61,843 bases of DNA from positions 1 through 61,843 of IMG/VR virus record IMGVR_UViG_3300042360_000496; one strand, given 5' to 3'. Below, piece after piece: positions 29,737 through 39,705 of this stretch. A program made the position numbers and the translations under genes. The DNA comes from a virus. Its lineage: Duplodnaviria; Caudoviricetes. The notes beneath the pieces were generated by a model. It was not told where the DNA came from. It did not search any database and was given only the letters and a program-made list of their open reading frames with translations. The first letter of the stretch is position 1, and every line of letters starts with the position of its first letter.

Positions 29737-30107
29737 CAGTTTATATAGTTTCCGATCACAAAGTTCTAGACTTTGAAACAAATAGTTATGTTTCAAAATA
29801 TGACTACACACCAGCAGAAAAGTTTGGAGAATTAGAATTTCTTCTCTCTCCAACAGCTAATCCATTTAAAAATATGGATGTGATAATCCAAGAGCTTCAT
29901 TCAAAGCTCCAAAACTCGACAATGGATGATTATCTTATTTTAGCTGGGAACCCTGTTCTAATGTCTACAGCAGCTGCGATAATGGCTTCCTATAATGAAG
30001 GATGGGTCAACCTTCTGCAGTGGAATGGATATAAAAAAGAATACAATCCACTAACTTTTCAAATAAATTCATCAAAACGTTGGGAAATACCTATTTTAAA
30101 AAAGTAA
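29733..30107 (+). CDS. Conserved hypothetical phage protein
   Basis: A.KFGEL..L, DYL...GNP, LLQW motifs; AGGAG RBS. Confidence 0.7.
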   Translation: MTVYIVSDHKVLDFETNSYVSKYDYTPAEKFGELEFLLSPTANPFKNMDVIIQELHSKLQNSTMDDYLILAGNPVLMSTAAAIMASYNEGWVNLLQWNGYKKEYNPLTFQINSSKRWEIPILKK

Positions 30108-30145
30108 ACAAGTTTATAATTTATGAGTTAAATCAAAAAGAAGAA

Positions 30146-30700
30146 ATGGAGACAAATAATATTAACGACGAAGAAAAATATTTAGAATTCACTGACTTGT
30201 CAGAAGACGGCATGTCTAGACTCTCTAAACTTACTTCAGAACAACTTTCTTTACAAATTAAGCTAGAAAAGCTAGAGAAAGAAGCAGCTGAAGTCAAAGA
30301 AAAGTTGAGAAATATTTCAGAAACATTGATCCCAGATCTCATGGAATCTTTGAATATGGAAAGTTTCACAACTTCTGCTGGTCTATGTGTTGAAGTTAAA
30401 CAAAAGATTCGTACTTCAATAACAGAAACTAATAGACAAGAAGCAATTAAATGGCTCGTAAACAATGGATTTGCAGCATCTGTAAAAAATGAAGTTAAAG
30501 TTTCATTTTCCAAAGATGAATATGACAAAGCACAAAATCTTGCAGCTGATTTAAGAGACAAGAATTTTCCTGCTCTTGAGAATCAAACTGTTCATCCACA
30601 GACTCTTCAATCAATTGTAACAAATTGTCTCAAAGATGGGGTTAATATCCCACTTGAGTTGTTTTCAGTGTTCAGACAACGTTCAACAAAAATATCCTAA
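30146..30700 (+). CDS. Conserved replication-module protein
   Basis: IPDLM, A..WL..NG, VHPQTL motifs; precedes SSB. Confidence 0.7.
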   Translation: METNNINDEEKYLEFTDLSEDGMSRLSKLTSEQLSLQIKLEKLEKEAAEVKEKLRNISETLIPDLMESLNMESFTTSAGLCVEVKQKIRTSITETNRQEAIKWLVNNGFAASVKNEVKVSFSKDEYDKAQNLAADLRDKNFPALENQTVHPQTLQSIVTNCLKDGVNIPLELFSVFRQRSTKIS

Positions 30701-30722
30701 CATAATAGACTTTAAACAAAAA

Positions 30723-31547
30723 ATGGCAAAAGATAAAACATCAGTTCCCGAAACATCTACAACAGAAGCTGTTGTAGAAACAGGCCCAAAAGAAATAGCA
30801 GTAATGAATTATGGAGACTACGCAAATGCTGGTTTCGACAATCAATCAAAGGATGATGTAAGTCTTCCTTTTCTTGGAATACTTCAAACAACGAGTCCTC
30901 AACTTGATTTGTTACCAAATGCTAAACCTGGACAAATCGTAAACACCGTCACACAAGATCTATATGACGGCAAAACTGGTATCAAATTTGTCCCAGGAAC
31001 AACTCAACATCTTTATGTTGAATGGGTTCCAAGAACTGCTGGAGGTGGTTTTGTAGGAACTCACAAACCAGATAGTGACGTTGTTACCAAAGCCCAAGAG
31101 AAAGCAACCGCTTGGAACGAACTAAAGAATGGAAATAATGACCTTATCGAAACATTTTACATCTTTGGTGTAATGCTGGATGACGAGGACACACCCTTGG
31201 GCATGGCAGTTCTTTCATTCTCCTCAACCAAAATAAAGGTCTACAAGAGAATCAATACAAAGCTTAGAACTTTCCAACTTCCATTAGCAAATGGTAGAAA
31301 AGTTGTTCCACCTCTCTTTGCCCATAGGTTGAAGATTTCAACTGTCAAAGAAAAATCAACCAAAGGAGATTTCTACAACTTTAGTATTGAACCAGCAAAT
31401 GGTGATATAAAGGAATCTCTCCTCCCAGTAGATCATCCTGCATTTTTAGCTGCTAAGACTTGTGGTGAATTAGTTGCTAAGGGTGCTGTTAAAGCTGATG
31501 AAGGTACTAATCCCACCAACAAACCTGATGGAGAAGTTCCATTCTAA
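30723..31547 (+). CDS. Putative single-stranded DNA-binding/annealing protein
   Basis: LP.L..LQ..SPQ, YVEW.PR..GGG; acidic C-terminus ending EVPF. Confidence 0.65.
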   Translation: MAKDKTSVPETSTTEAVVETGPKEIAVMNYGDYANAGFDNQSKDDVSLPFLGILQTTSPQLDLLPNAKPGQIVNTVTQDLYDGKTGIKFVPGTTQHLYVEWVPRTAGGGFVGTHKPDSDVVTKAQEKATAWNELKNGNNDLIETFYIFGVMLDDEDTPLGMAVLSFSSTKIKVYKRINTKLRTFQLPLANGRKVVPPLFAHRLKISTVKEKSTKGDFYNFSIEPANGDIKESLLPVDHPAFLAAKTCGELVAKGAVKADEGTNPTNKPDGEVPF

Positions 31548-31548
31548 T

Positions 31549-32739
31549 ATGTGGAGTCCTCAGCAAGAAAGAGCCTTGTCCGTTGTAGACAAATGGTTCA
31601 AAGAGGAATCCAAAACTAAGAAAATATTTAGATTGTTCGGCTATGCTGGCACGGGAAAAACAACCCTTGCCAAGCATTTCGCCGAAAATATAAATGGAAA
31701 AGTTTTGTATGGGGCTTTCACAGGAAAGGCAGCCCATGTACTCACACAAAAAGGATGTACAGCAAGAACTATTCACAGCCTCATCTACAGACCTCTTCAA
31801 AGATCTCAAAAAGATATTAGAGAATTGAAGGAAAAAATAGATGAGACTCTAGACGCAGTAGAAAAGGAGAAACTAGAATTAAAATTAAAAGAACTTTCCA
31901 AGAAACATGGAAGACCTCTATTCGAGCTTGTAGAAGATAGTGAAGTTAGAGATGCAGCATTAATAATAATTGATGAGTGCTCTATGGTTGGTAAACAGAT
32001 GGGTCAAGACTTATGTTCGTTTGGTGTACCAATCCTTGTTCTTGGGGATCCAGGACAATTACCACCTATTGGAGATGCTGGATTCTTTACAGCTCAAACA
32101 CCAGATATCCTTCTGACAGAGGTTCATCGTCAAGCCCAAGATAATCCCATCCTCAAACTGGCAACTTTTGCTAGAAATAGTGAGGAAATACCTTGTGGAG
32201 ACTACGGTGGAGGAGTAATTGTAAAAAGAAAAAATCAAGTGACAGCTGATGAAATAATGGCTGCCGATCAAGTCTTGATTGGTAGAAATGAAACCAGAAG
32301 AGCCTGGAACAACAGAATTAGACAAATAAAATACAACAAGGATTATGTTGACCCACAGCTTGGAGATAAGGTTATTTGTCTAAAGAACAACAATAAATCT
32401 GGCTTGATGAATGGAAGTTTGTGGGAATTATCGGATTATGTTAATGTACAATCGGATACTGTATTTACTGTTATAAACTCTTTGGATCAAGACTATAATT
32501 GTATGCAAGTGAAAATGTATGTTGATATATTTCGTGGCAAAGAAATTGATTTCTTTAACAGAATGGAGGGTGTCGAGGATTTCGATTATGGTTATGCAGT
32601 AACCGTCCACAAATCACAAGGATCACAGTGGGACAAAGTTATATTATTAGACGAAAGTCATTCTTTTCGCTCTACAAAAGATAAATGGCTCTATACAGGA
32701 ATTACACGTGCAGCTAAGGAGTTAACTATTTTGGTATGA
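31549..32739 (+). CDS. RecD/Dda-like SF1B helicase
   Basis: GYAGTGKT, DECSM, GD..QLPP, YA.TVHKSQGS, YT.ITRA. Confidence 0.92.
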   Translation: MWSPQQERALSVVDKWFKEESKTKKIFRLFGYAGTGKTTLAKHFAENINGKVLYGAFTGKAAHVLTQKGCTARTIHSLIYRPLQRSQKDIRELKEKIDETLDAVEKEKLELKLKELSKKHGRPLFELVEDSEVRDAALIIIDECSMVGKQMGQDLCSFGVPILVLGDPGQLPPIGDAGFFTAQTPDILLTEVHRQAQDNPILKLATFARNSEEIPCGDYGGGVIVKRKNQVTADEIMAADQVLIGRNETRRAWNNRIRQIKYNKDYVDPQLGDKVICLKNNNKSGLMNGSLWELSDYVNVQSDTVFTVINSLDQDYNCMQVKMYVDIFRGKEIDFFNRMEGVEDFDYGYAVTVHKSQGSQWDKVILLDESHSFRSTKDKWLYTGITRAAKELTILV

Positions 32740-34532
32740 AACAAAGAGAATTGACAAACTTTTCGATCGAGACTCTCAAAGACAGATACATGATCGAAGG
32801 TGAAACACCAGAAGACATGTTCAGGAGAGTTTCAAAAGCTTTCTCAGACGACGATAAACATGCTGAAAGACTTTACAATTACATGTCAAGTTTGTGGTTT
32901 CTCCCTGCTTCTCCTGTTCTAATGAACGGTGGAACAGATAGAGGTTTACCCATATCTTGTTATTTAAACTCCGTGGAGGACTCCAGAGAGGGTATCTTCA
33001 AGACTTGGATAGAATCTTGCTGGTTAGGATCTGAAGGTGGTGGAGTTGGAACAAATTGGTCTAATCTCCGTGCAATTGGTGAGATGGTTCATGGAAAGGG
33101 AACCTCTTCGGGCATCATACCTTTCATGAAAGTTCAGGACAGTATGACATTGGCAATAAACCAAGGCTCTCTCAGAAGAGGGGCAGCTGCTGTTTATCTA
33201 CATATTTCTCATCCCGAGATTGAAGAATTTATCTCAATAAGAAAGCCTACTGGAGGAGATAAAAATAGAAAATGTTTAAAGCTTCACACTGGAGTTATCA
33301 TTCCAGATGAGTTTATGGAAGCTGCAATGTTGGGAAAGGAATATGTTCTAAAGGATCCTCATTCAAAGAAGCCAAAAAAAGTTGTAAAGGCCGAAGAACT
33401 TTACCAAAAGATCCTGGAAATGAGAATAGAAACAGGAGAATCCTACATAGTTTATGAAGATAATGCACAAAAAGGATTTTCTAGTCACCAGAAACAGCTT
33501 GGAATGAAGGTTTCCCAAAGTAACCTTTGCTCTGAAATCATGTTACATACTGGTCTTGATCACCTTGGAAAGAATCGAACAGCTGTTTGTTGTCTTTCAA
33601 GTTTGAATGTAGAATATTACGACGAATGGTGCAGGAACGAGCTATTCATCGAAGACGTAATAAGGTTCCTGGACAATGTTCTTCAGTCCTTTATTGACAA
33701 AGCTAAGGATTATCCTGGTTTTGAAGATGCGGTCTATTCTGCGACTCGAGAACGATCTATTGGGCTTGGAGTCATGGGTCTTCAAAGTTGGTATCAAAAG
33801 AACAATTTAGCTTTTGAAAGTTTTCTGGCAAAAACTTGGAATCTAAATATCTTCAAAGATGTAAGAGAAAAAGCAGATAAAGCAAACTATAAATTAGCAT
33901 TAGAGAAAGGCTCTTGTCCTGATGCCCAAGAGGTTGGAGCAGTAGCAAGATGCAGCCATCTCCTGGCAGTGGCTCCTACAGCGTCAATTTCTATAATAGC
34001 AAATACATCACCATGTATAGAGCCTTGGAATGCTAATATCTTCACTCAGAAGACTCTATCAGGCTTCTTCACAGTTAAAAATAAATATTTGGATACGCTC
34101 TTCCACAAAAAAGCTTTAGAAAAAGTTGTTCCAGATAGTTCATTTGTAAGTGACAACAGTTTAGAAATTGTGAAACAAGTTCAAGAAATTGTTACAAATT
34201 GGTGGGATAAAGTTCTAGAAGCTGGTGGATCAGTTCAAGATTTTGATGAAGAAGTATTATCTGCTGAGGACAAAATGGTCTTCAGAACAGCTTTCGAAGT
34301 TGATCAAAGAGCCATAGTTAATCAAGCTGGTGACAGAACTCCTTTCATCGACCAAGGACAATCTTTGAATCTATTTTTACCAAGTGATATAGATAAAAGA
34401 GATCTACTTGCCTTACACGTCTCAGCTTGGAAAAAAGGAGTGAAATCTCTTTATTATTGTAGAAGTAAATCTTTACAAAGAGCTGGAACAGCGGGCAACC
34501 TAGACTATGAGGAATGTCTCAGTTGCCAATAA
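32736..34532 (+). CDS. nrdA: Ribonucleotide reductase class Ia alpha subunit
   Basis: PISC, SNLCSEI, APTAS, YYCRS, C-terminal CLSC. Confidence 0.96.
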   Translation: MKQRELTNFSIETLKDRYMIEGETPEDMFRRVSKAFSDDDKHAERLYNYMSSLWFLPASPVLMNGGTDRGLPISCYLNSVEDSREGIFKTWIESCWLGSEGGGVGTNWSNLRAIGEMVHGKGTSSGIIPFMKVQDSMTLAINQGSLRRGAAAVYLHISHPEIEEFISIRKPTGGDKNRKCLKLHTGVIIPDEFMEAAMLGKEYVLKDPHSKKPKKVVKAEELYQKILEMRIETGESYIVYEDNAQKGFSSHQKQLGMKVSQSNLCSEIMLHTGLDHLGKNRTAVCCLSSLNVEYYDEWCRNELFIEDVIRFLDNVLQSFIDKAKDYPGFEDAVYSATRERSIGLGVMGLQSWYQKNNLAFESFLAKTWNLNIFKDVREKADKANYKLALEKGSCPDAQEVGAVARCSHLLAVAPTASISIIANTSPCIEPWNANIFTQKTLSGFFTVKNKYLDTLFHKKALEKVVPDSSFVSDNSLEIVKQVQEIVTNWWDKVLEAGGSVQDFDEEVLSAEDKMVFRTAFEVDQRAIVNQAGDRTPFIDQGQSLNLFLPSDIDKRDLLALHVSAWKKGVKSLYYCRSKSLQRAGTAGNLDYEECLSCQ

Positions 34533-35173
34533 TCCCTTACCAAATAAATAAATATATGTTAGACGTTCATCAAAGAAGAGCATGCAATATAAAAGATTTT
34601 TACAAAAAGCTTAAGTTTTATTACAACCTTCTCGGAGATGGTTCATTGATTGAGTTCGAAAAACTTACAATCGACCGTGTCAGAGAACTTGTTAGACTCT
34701 CTGACTTAATACAAAAAAGACCAAAAATTGGTGTTGAGGAATATCAAAAAATTACTTCCAACTCTTTAAAAAGAGAGGGATGGAGTTTTGGTGAACATTT
34801 AAACTTAGAAAAAAGAGAACACCCTCTTGCAGGAGAGTTTTCCGAATTATCAAGTCTAGACAAAATAAAACAATCTGTCTTATTGGCAATCGCGAAGCAT
34901 CACTTTCTGCCAAGTAGCAAAGCTAACGTTAAGTGGAACAAAGAAGATCAATGCTTTGTCGCAACTACAAAAAATAGTGACTTAATTGGTTGTGGAGACT
35001 CAGCAATAGAGGCTGTTCAACATTTAAAAAATCATCTCAAGGATGAGGATGAAACACCCCACAAAAAAGCTGTAAAACAAGACATAGAATTGCACGAAGA
35101 AAACATTGGAGTATCAACAGGAGGAAATTTAACAGAAACAGATGAACCTACAAACACAGAAGACAGCATTTAA
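34514..35173 (+). CDS. RyR-domain plus HicB-like domain protein
   Basis: GWSFGE...EKREHPL..EFSEL (RyR repeat-like); W..EDQ.FVA....L.G.GDS..EA (HicB-like). Confidence 0.5.
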   Translation: MSQLPIIPYQINKYMLDVHQRRACNIKDFYKKLKFYYNLLGDGSLIEFEKLTIDRVRELVRLSDLIQKRPKIGVEEYQKITSNSLKREGWSFGEHLNLEKREHPLAGEFSELSSLDKIKQSVLLAIAKHHFLPSSKANVKWNKEDQCFVATTKNSDLIGCGDSAIEAVQHLKNHLKDEDETPHKKAVKQDIELHEENIGVSTGGNLTETDEPTNTEDSI

Positions 35174-36107
35174 ACCATTTTACTATCCTTGGGCTTATGA
35201 GTGTTGGAAGAAACAACAACAAATACATTGGATTGTGGATGAAGTTGATCTTGGGCAAGACGTCCAGGACTGGGAAAATACCTTAAGCCCAAGTGAAAAA
35301 GAATTCCTAACACAAATCTTTAGATTCTTCACGCAAGCCGATATAGATGTTAACAACAACTATATGGAGAACTACAGTAGAATCTTTAAACCAACAGAAA
35401 TAAAGATGATGTTGTCTGCATTTTCCAATATGGAAACTGTTCACATTGATGCTTATGCCTTGTTGATAGAGACTGTTGGGATGCCAGAATCTGAGTATGA
35501 AGCTTTCTTAAATTACAAAGAAATGAGAGAAAAGCATGAGTATTTATCAAACTTCAACATGTCAAGCCCAAGGGAAATACTAAAGACTTTGGCTGCTTTT
35601 GGAGCTTTCACTGAAGGATTGCAACTATATGCTAGTTTTGCGATGCTACTAAATTTCCCTCGTTTTGGCAAAATGAAAGGAATGGGTCAGGTTGTAACAT
35701 GGTCTGTGAGAGATGAAAGTCTTCACTGTATTGGAATTATAAATCTCTTCCACACTTATGCAACTGAGACTGGAGCTTTAGATGATTCCCTTAAAAAAGA
35801 AATTGTTGAAATAGCAAAGCGAGTTGTTGAGTTAGAGGACAATTTCATCGACTTAGCATTCAAAGTTGGTGGAATCCGAGGGATGGAAGCTGATGATATC
35901 AAAGCATACATCAGATACGTTGCAGATTGGCGTTTGGAGCAGTTAAAAATGGAACCTATATATAATATAAAGCAACATCCGATACCATGGTTAAAGGAGA
36001 TTCTAAATGGCGTGGAGCATGCTAATTTCTTTGAAGTCACTGCAACGGAGTATTCCAAAGCAGCAACAAAAGGAGATTGGAAATCAGCTTGGGATAGTAT
36101 TAACTAA
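35142..36107 (+). CDS. nrdB: Ribonucleotide reductase beta subunit
   Basis: FFTQAD, E.VH..AY, EG..L..SF, RDESLH, NFFE. Confidence 0.96.
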   Translation: MNLQTQKTAFKPFYYPWAYECWKKQQQIHWIVDEVDLGQDVQDWENTLSPSEKEFLTQIFRFFTQADIDVNNNYMENYSRIFKPTEIKMMLSAFSNMETVHIDAYALLIETVGMPESEYEAFLNYKEMREKHEYLSNFNMSSPREILKTLAAFGAFTEGLQLYASFAMLLNFPRFGKMKGMGQVVTWSVRDESLHCIGIINLFHTYATETGALDDSLKKEIVEIAKRVVELEDNFIDLAFKVGGIRGMEADDIKAYIRYVADWRLEQLKMEPIYNIKQHPIPWLKEILNGVEHANFFEVTATEYSKAATKGDWKSAWDSIN

Positions 36108-36870
36108 CCCAACTTGGGTTGCTCGCACAAGCAACAACTGTCTTGACATCTGTATTCTCTGAGGTATAGACCCAGCTATCTAACTTTCTGTAGTAGCTGG
36201 GTTTTTTACCACTCATGTGAGCAAAGTCAGTTATCTTGTCTTTCCAAGCTCTTTTCCCAGCTTTTGTTTTATAACTAGCTAACTTAGCATTCTCTATGGA
36301 CGATACATTCTTTATCTTTGTCTTGCTGACTCTCTTCTTAATTGAGGCAAAATCTTTATCCATGTTAGGATTCCAACCACGACAAACTTTGTCAATGAGT
36401 TCATTAATAGAAGCTTTTGGATAAGTCTTATTCATCTTCATAAGTCTTCTTGTATAGGCTGCTAAGACAACCTCTTGATCAGCTAAATTACCATTTGCTA
36501 TTTCATATCTAAGAATTGTTTCTGCTGATCTATCGAGTGCCACCCTAACCTTCCATGGAATCTTGTACGGTGTTATCATTGGGCTGAACGAAGCAACTAT
36601 TGTCGGAGGCTCTTTAATTGGTGAAGGTTCTTGAGGGTCTTCTTGCTCCTGAACTATTTTGCCAGAGACAATATTAGTTTGTAACATTTCACCAATTGTC
36701 TCACCATCCTTAGCAGATATTTTTGGTGTTATCTTGAAAAAATTGAATACTAAAGACACAATTAGTATTACAAAAAGTATCTTTAAAATTCTGTGGTATT
36801 TTCTTTTTTGTTTATCCTCTATCTCTTGGACAATAGAACGCACGAGAAACTTTGTTTGATAATAATCCAT
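36100..36870 (-). CDS. Membrane-anchored hypothetical protein (moron, opposite strand)
   Basis: One TM helix near the N-terminus; followed on its 5' side by an AT-rich intergenic region. Confidence 0.7.
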   Translation of the reverse strand: MDYYQTKFLVRSIVQEIEDKQKRKYHRILKILFVILIVSLVFNFFKITPKISAKDGETIGEMLQTNIVSGKIVQEQEDPQEPSPIKEPPTIVASFSPMITPYKIPWKVRVALDRSAETILRYEIANGNLADQEVVLAAYTRRLMKMNKTYPKASINELIDKVCRGWNPNMDKDFASIKKRVSKTKIKNVSSIENAKLASYKTKAGKRAWKDKITDFAHMSGKKPSYYRKLDSWVYTSENTDVKTVVACASNPSWVS

Positions 36871-37024
36871 ATTTTTCTACATTTCTTTTTTATAGATAGT
36901 ACATGCCCTAAGACGATAAGTTAAAACTTTAAGTTCCTTAATTAAATTTAATAAAAAGACCAAGCCTTTTTCTCGAGAAAGAGAATAAAATTTTATTTGA
37001 ATCTAAGTAGAAATGGAGAAAAAG

Positions 37025-37369
37025 ATGAAACCATTGATGCTTCTTACCCAGAAGTACAACCGTCTCTGCAGGTTTTTCAACAAAAATTATATGCCTTCTT
37101 TTATCAAAGAAGAGCATGCAATTAAAAAGATTTTAGAACTGCAGGAATTAGTATCAGATCAACCACATATACAAGATCTATTTTTGTTAATTGTTGAGGG
37201 TGCTACAATGCCGATGCTGGTTGAACACTGGTTGAAAGTTAAACCAGAGGACAAAGATATCAAAGAAGAGAGTGTCAGAAAAAAGATAAATAATATCTTG
37301 GCTGACATTGCTTCGCGATTAAATCTAAGAATCGAAACTGGTATAATAATTCTAGAGGTAAAAGCATGA
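37025..37369 (+). CDS. Hypothetical protein leading the modification operon
   Basis: GAAATGGAGAA RBS; track start 37013 lies within the RBS. Confidence 0.65.
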   Translation: MKPLMLLTQKYNRLCRFFNKNYMPSFIKEEHAIKKILELQELVSDQPHIQDLFLLIVEGATMPMLVEHWLKVKPEDKDIKEESVRKKINNILADIASRLNLRIETGIIILEVKA

Positions 37370-38304
37370 CAGAATCAGTAACAGAAGCTACAAAACAACC
37401 TAGAAAAGTCAGAGAACCAAGACTTGATTTAGGACAAAAAATTAAAATGGATTTGTCTGGCTTTTGGAAATACTCTATAGATAGAGAAACCATAAGAATC
37501 AAAAAAGATGTCCTTAAACTACCAAAACCATTGACAGAGGATGAAGTATTTCTAAAAAATAAATTCTGTAATATTTTTAGAGAACATGACAGAACAACTA
37601 AATGGTTTAGAGAAAATATCAGAGATCCTTTAAAAGATAGTCCTGGAGTCTTATTCGCAACTGTTGCGTTTAGATGGTTTAACAGATGGCAGACTGGAGA
37701 GATTATCCAAGATCTACTTCTTGAACCACCAACAAGTTGGGAAACCTTTGAAACTACTATAAGATCAAGATTGATAGGTGTTAAACCAATTATCACTGGT
37801 TCTTATATGATCAAGACTCCGACTGGGCTTAACAAATCGGACGGTGTAATATCCAATATAAAAAACTTTTGGGGTGTAACAACTGAACCAAAGAGTCTAA
37901 AAGATATGCATACTTTCATAAAAGGGAAACCATTTATGGGCTCTTTTATGGCTTATGAAGTAGTTACAGATCTCCGTCATACATATCTCTGTAGAGAAGC
38001 AGAAGATATTAATACTTGGGCAGCAGCAGGCCCAGGAGCAGCTAGAGGATTAGCAAGAATTATTGGTAAACCTCTAGATTATTTTTCTCACTACTCACAT
38101 TTAGACCAAATAACAATGTGCTCATTGATGGAACAAATCTTACAGGATTCCATAACAAGCTGGCCAACAGAATGGTCTGATTGGGAAATGAGAGACGTGG
38201 AACACACTTTATGTGAATATGACAAATATTTAAGATGCCAATCTGGTCAAGGAAAAACAAAACAAAAATATGAGGGAGGGGTTTGTGAAGAAAATAATAG
38301 TTGA
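37366..38304 (+). CDS. 5-hydroxymethyluracil DNA kinase (aGPT-Pplase1/5-HMUDK family)
   Basis: KFCN.FRE.DRTT, FR.FN, G.F.AYEVV.DL, GPGA.RGL, R.VEH.LCE.DKY.R. Confidence 0.85.
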   Translation: MTESVTEATKQPRKVREPRLDLGQKIKMDLSGFWKYSIDRETIRIKKDVLKLPKPLTEDEVFLKNKFCNIFREHDRTTKWFRENIRDPLKDSPGVLFATVAFRWFNRWQTGEIIQDLLLEPPTSWETFETTIRSRLIGVKPIITGSYMIKTPTGLNKSDGVISNIKNFWGVTTEPKSLKDMHTFIKGKPFMGSFMAYEVVTDLRHTYLCREAEDINTWAAAGPGAARGLARIIGKPLDYFSHYSHLDQITMCSLMEQILQDSITSWPTEWSDWEMRDVEHTLCEYDKYLRCQSGQGKTKQKYEGGVCEENNS

Positions 38305-39283
38305 CTTGGATGACACAATTTGTTCAACCTTCAACAGAGATTTTGAAAATTCTGTTCCCAATCTAAGGTTAATAAATAAAATAAACAACCTTTTTTATCA
38401 AGACTGGGAAATAGTTATTCTAACAGCAAGAGGAAACTTATCCTGTAAAAATTTGGAAGAAAGGGAACAGAAATACAGAAAACAAATCGAAGTTTGGTTA
38501 AAGAAAAATGGTGTAAAATACACAAGACTATCTTTCGAGAAAGAGCTTGCTGTACACTACATTGACGATAAGTCTATTAGACCAGATGAATTTTGTGAGT
38601 TAGAAATTGAAAATTTAATTGGTTGGTCTGGTGCAACTATAGAAAAACATGGAGAAAAGGTTCTAAAAACTCACGAGAAGATACATTCCGAAGTTTCTTG
38701 GTACCAATTAGCAAAGAATTTTGATTTTAATGTTCCAAAAATATCTTCTGTTGTTGGAAAAACTCTAGAGATGGAGTATATCCATGGAAAAACTGGAGAT
38801 GTTTCTTCTAAAGAGTTGTTCGAAATTTGTGAAAAGTTTAAACTTATAAAACATTCTTCTCCAGACTTCGAAACATACTTGGAATATATCTCCAAACACT
38901 GTACACTAGATGTATTCACAGAGTTTGTTGAAAAATTGAAAAAGGATAGCCACACTTTTTTTAATTCCCAAAAGTCTTTTTGTCATGGTGATCTTTCGCT
39001 GGAAAACATAATAAAGTCAGAGATAAATTATAAGTTGTATCTTATTGACCCAATATATCTTCCAGCTGTCTATTCGTCTTGGCTTCTTGACATAAGTAAG
39101 AGTCTTTATTCATTAAAATTTCTTGGACAAGCAGAAAAATATGAAGAACTATTGGAACTTTCACCAAACAAATTGGATGTTTTAAAACTTGAGGCTACCC
39201 ACTGGATGAGAGTTTATAAGTATGCACCAACAGAAACAAAGCCCAGAATTTTGGAGGAGTTTAGACAATGTTTGACCAAATAG
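38285..39283 (+). CDS. HAD phosphatase fused to APH/choline-kinase-fold kinase
   Basis: N-terminal DLDDT, TARG, YIDDK; C-terminal HGDL..EN and LIDP; GTG start with GGAGG (track start 38270). Confidence 0.85.
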   Translation: MKKIIVDLDDTICSTFNRDFENSVPNLRLINKINNLFYQDWEIVILTARGNLSCKNLEEREQKYRKQIEVWLKKNGVKYTRLSFEKELAVHYIDDKSIRPDEFCELEIENLIGWSGATIEKHGEKVLKTHEKIHSEVSWYQLAKNFDFNVPKISSVVGKTLEMEYIHGKTGDVSSKELFEICEKFKLIKHSSPDFETYLEYISKHCTLDVFTEFVEKLKKDSHTFFNSQKSFCHGDLSLENIIKSEINYKLYLIDPIYLPAVYSSWLLDISKSLYSLKFLGQAEKYEELLELSPNKLDVLKLEATHWMRVYKYAPTETKPRILEEFRQCLTK

Positions 39284-39705
39284 AAAAGGCAAAAACTAAA
39301 GGTCTGAAAATTGGATTTACAGCTTCAACTTTTGATCTTCTTCATCCTGGACATATAGCTATGTTGGCAGAAGCAAAAGCCAATTGTCAATTCTTGGTTG
39401 TTGGATTGCTTACAGATCCAACTATCAGTCGTCCAGAAAAGGAAAAGCCTGTCCAAACTATGCTTGAAAGATATATACAAATTCAAGCTGTTAGATTTGT
39501 TGACATGGTTGTTCCATTCGAGACAGAAGAGGAATTGGAACAATTACTTCTGACAATAATGCCAGACATCCGATTTATAGGTGAAGAATATAAAAACACA
39601 AACCACACTGGCAGAGAAATAGAAGGAATAACAAATTATTACAATAAAAGAAAACACAAATTTAGTTCTACCGATTTAAGAGACAGACTGAGGAAAACAA
39701 AATGA
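39268..39705 (+). CDS. HxGH nucleotidyltransferase (TagD/RfaE-II cytidylyltransferase superfamily)
   Basis: STFDLLHPGH, ER...L/I.A...VD.V, R.H.FSST.LR. Confidence 0.9.
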   Translation: MFDQIEKAKTKGLKIGFTASTFDLLHPGHIAMLAEAKANCQFLVVGLLTDPTISRPEKEKPVQTMLERYIQIQAVRFVDMVVPFETEEELEQLLLTIMPDIRFIGEEYKNTNHTGREIEGITNYYNKRKHKFSSTDLRDRLRKTK

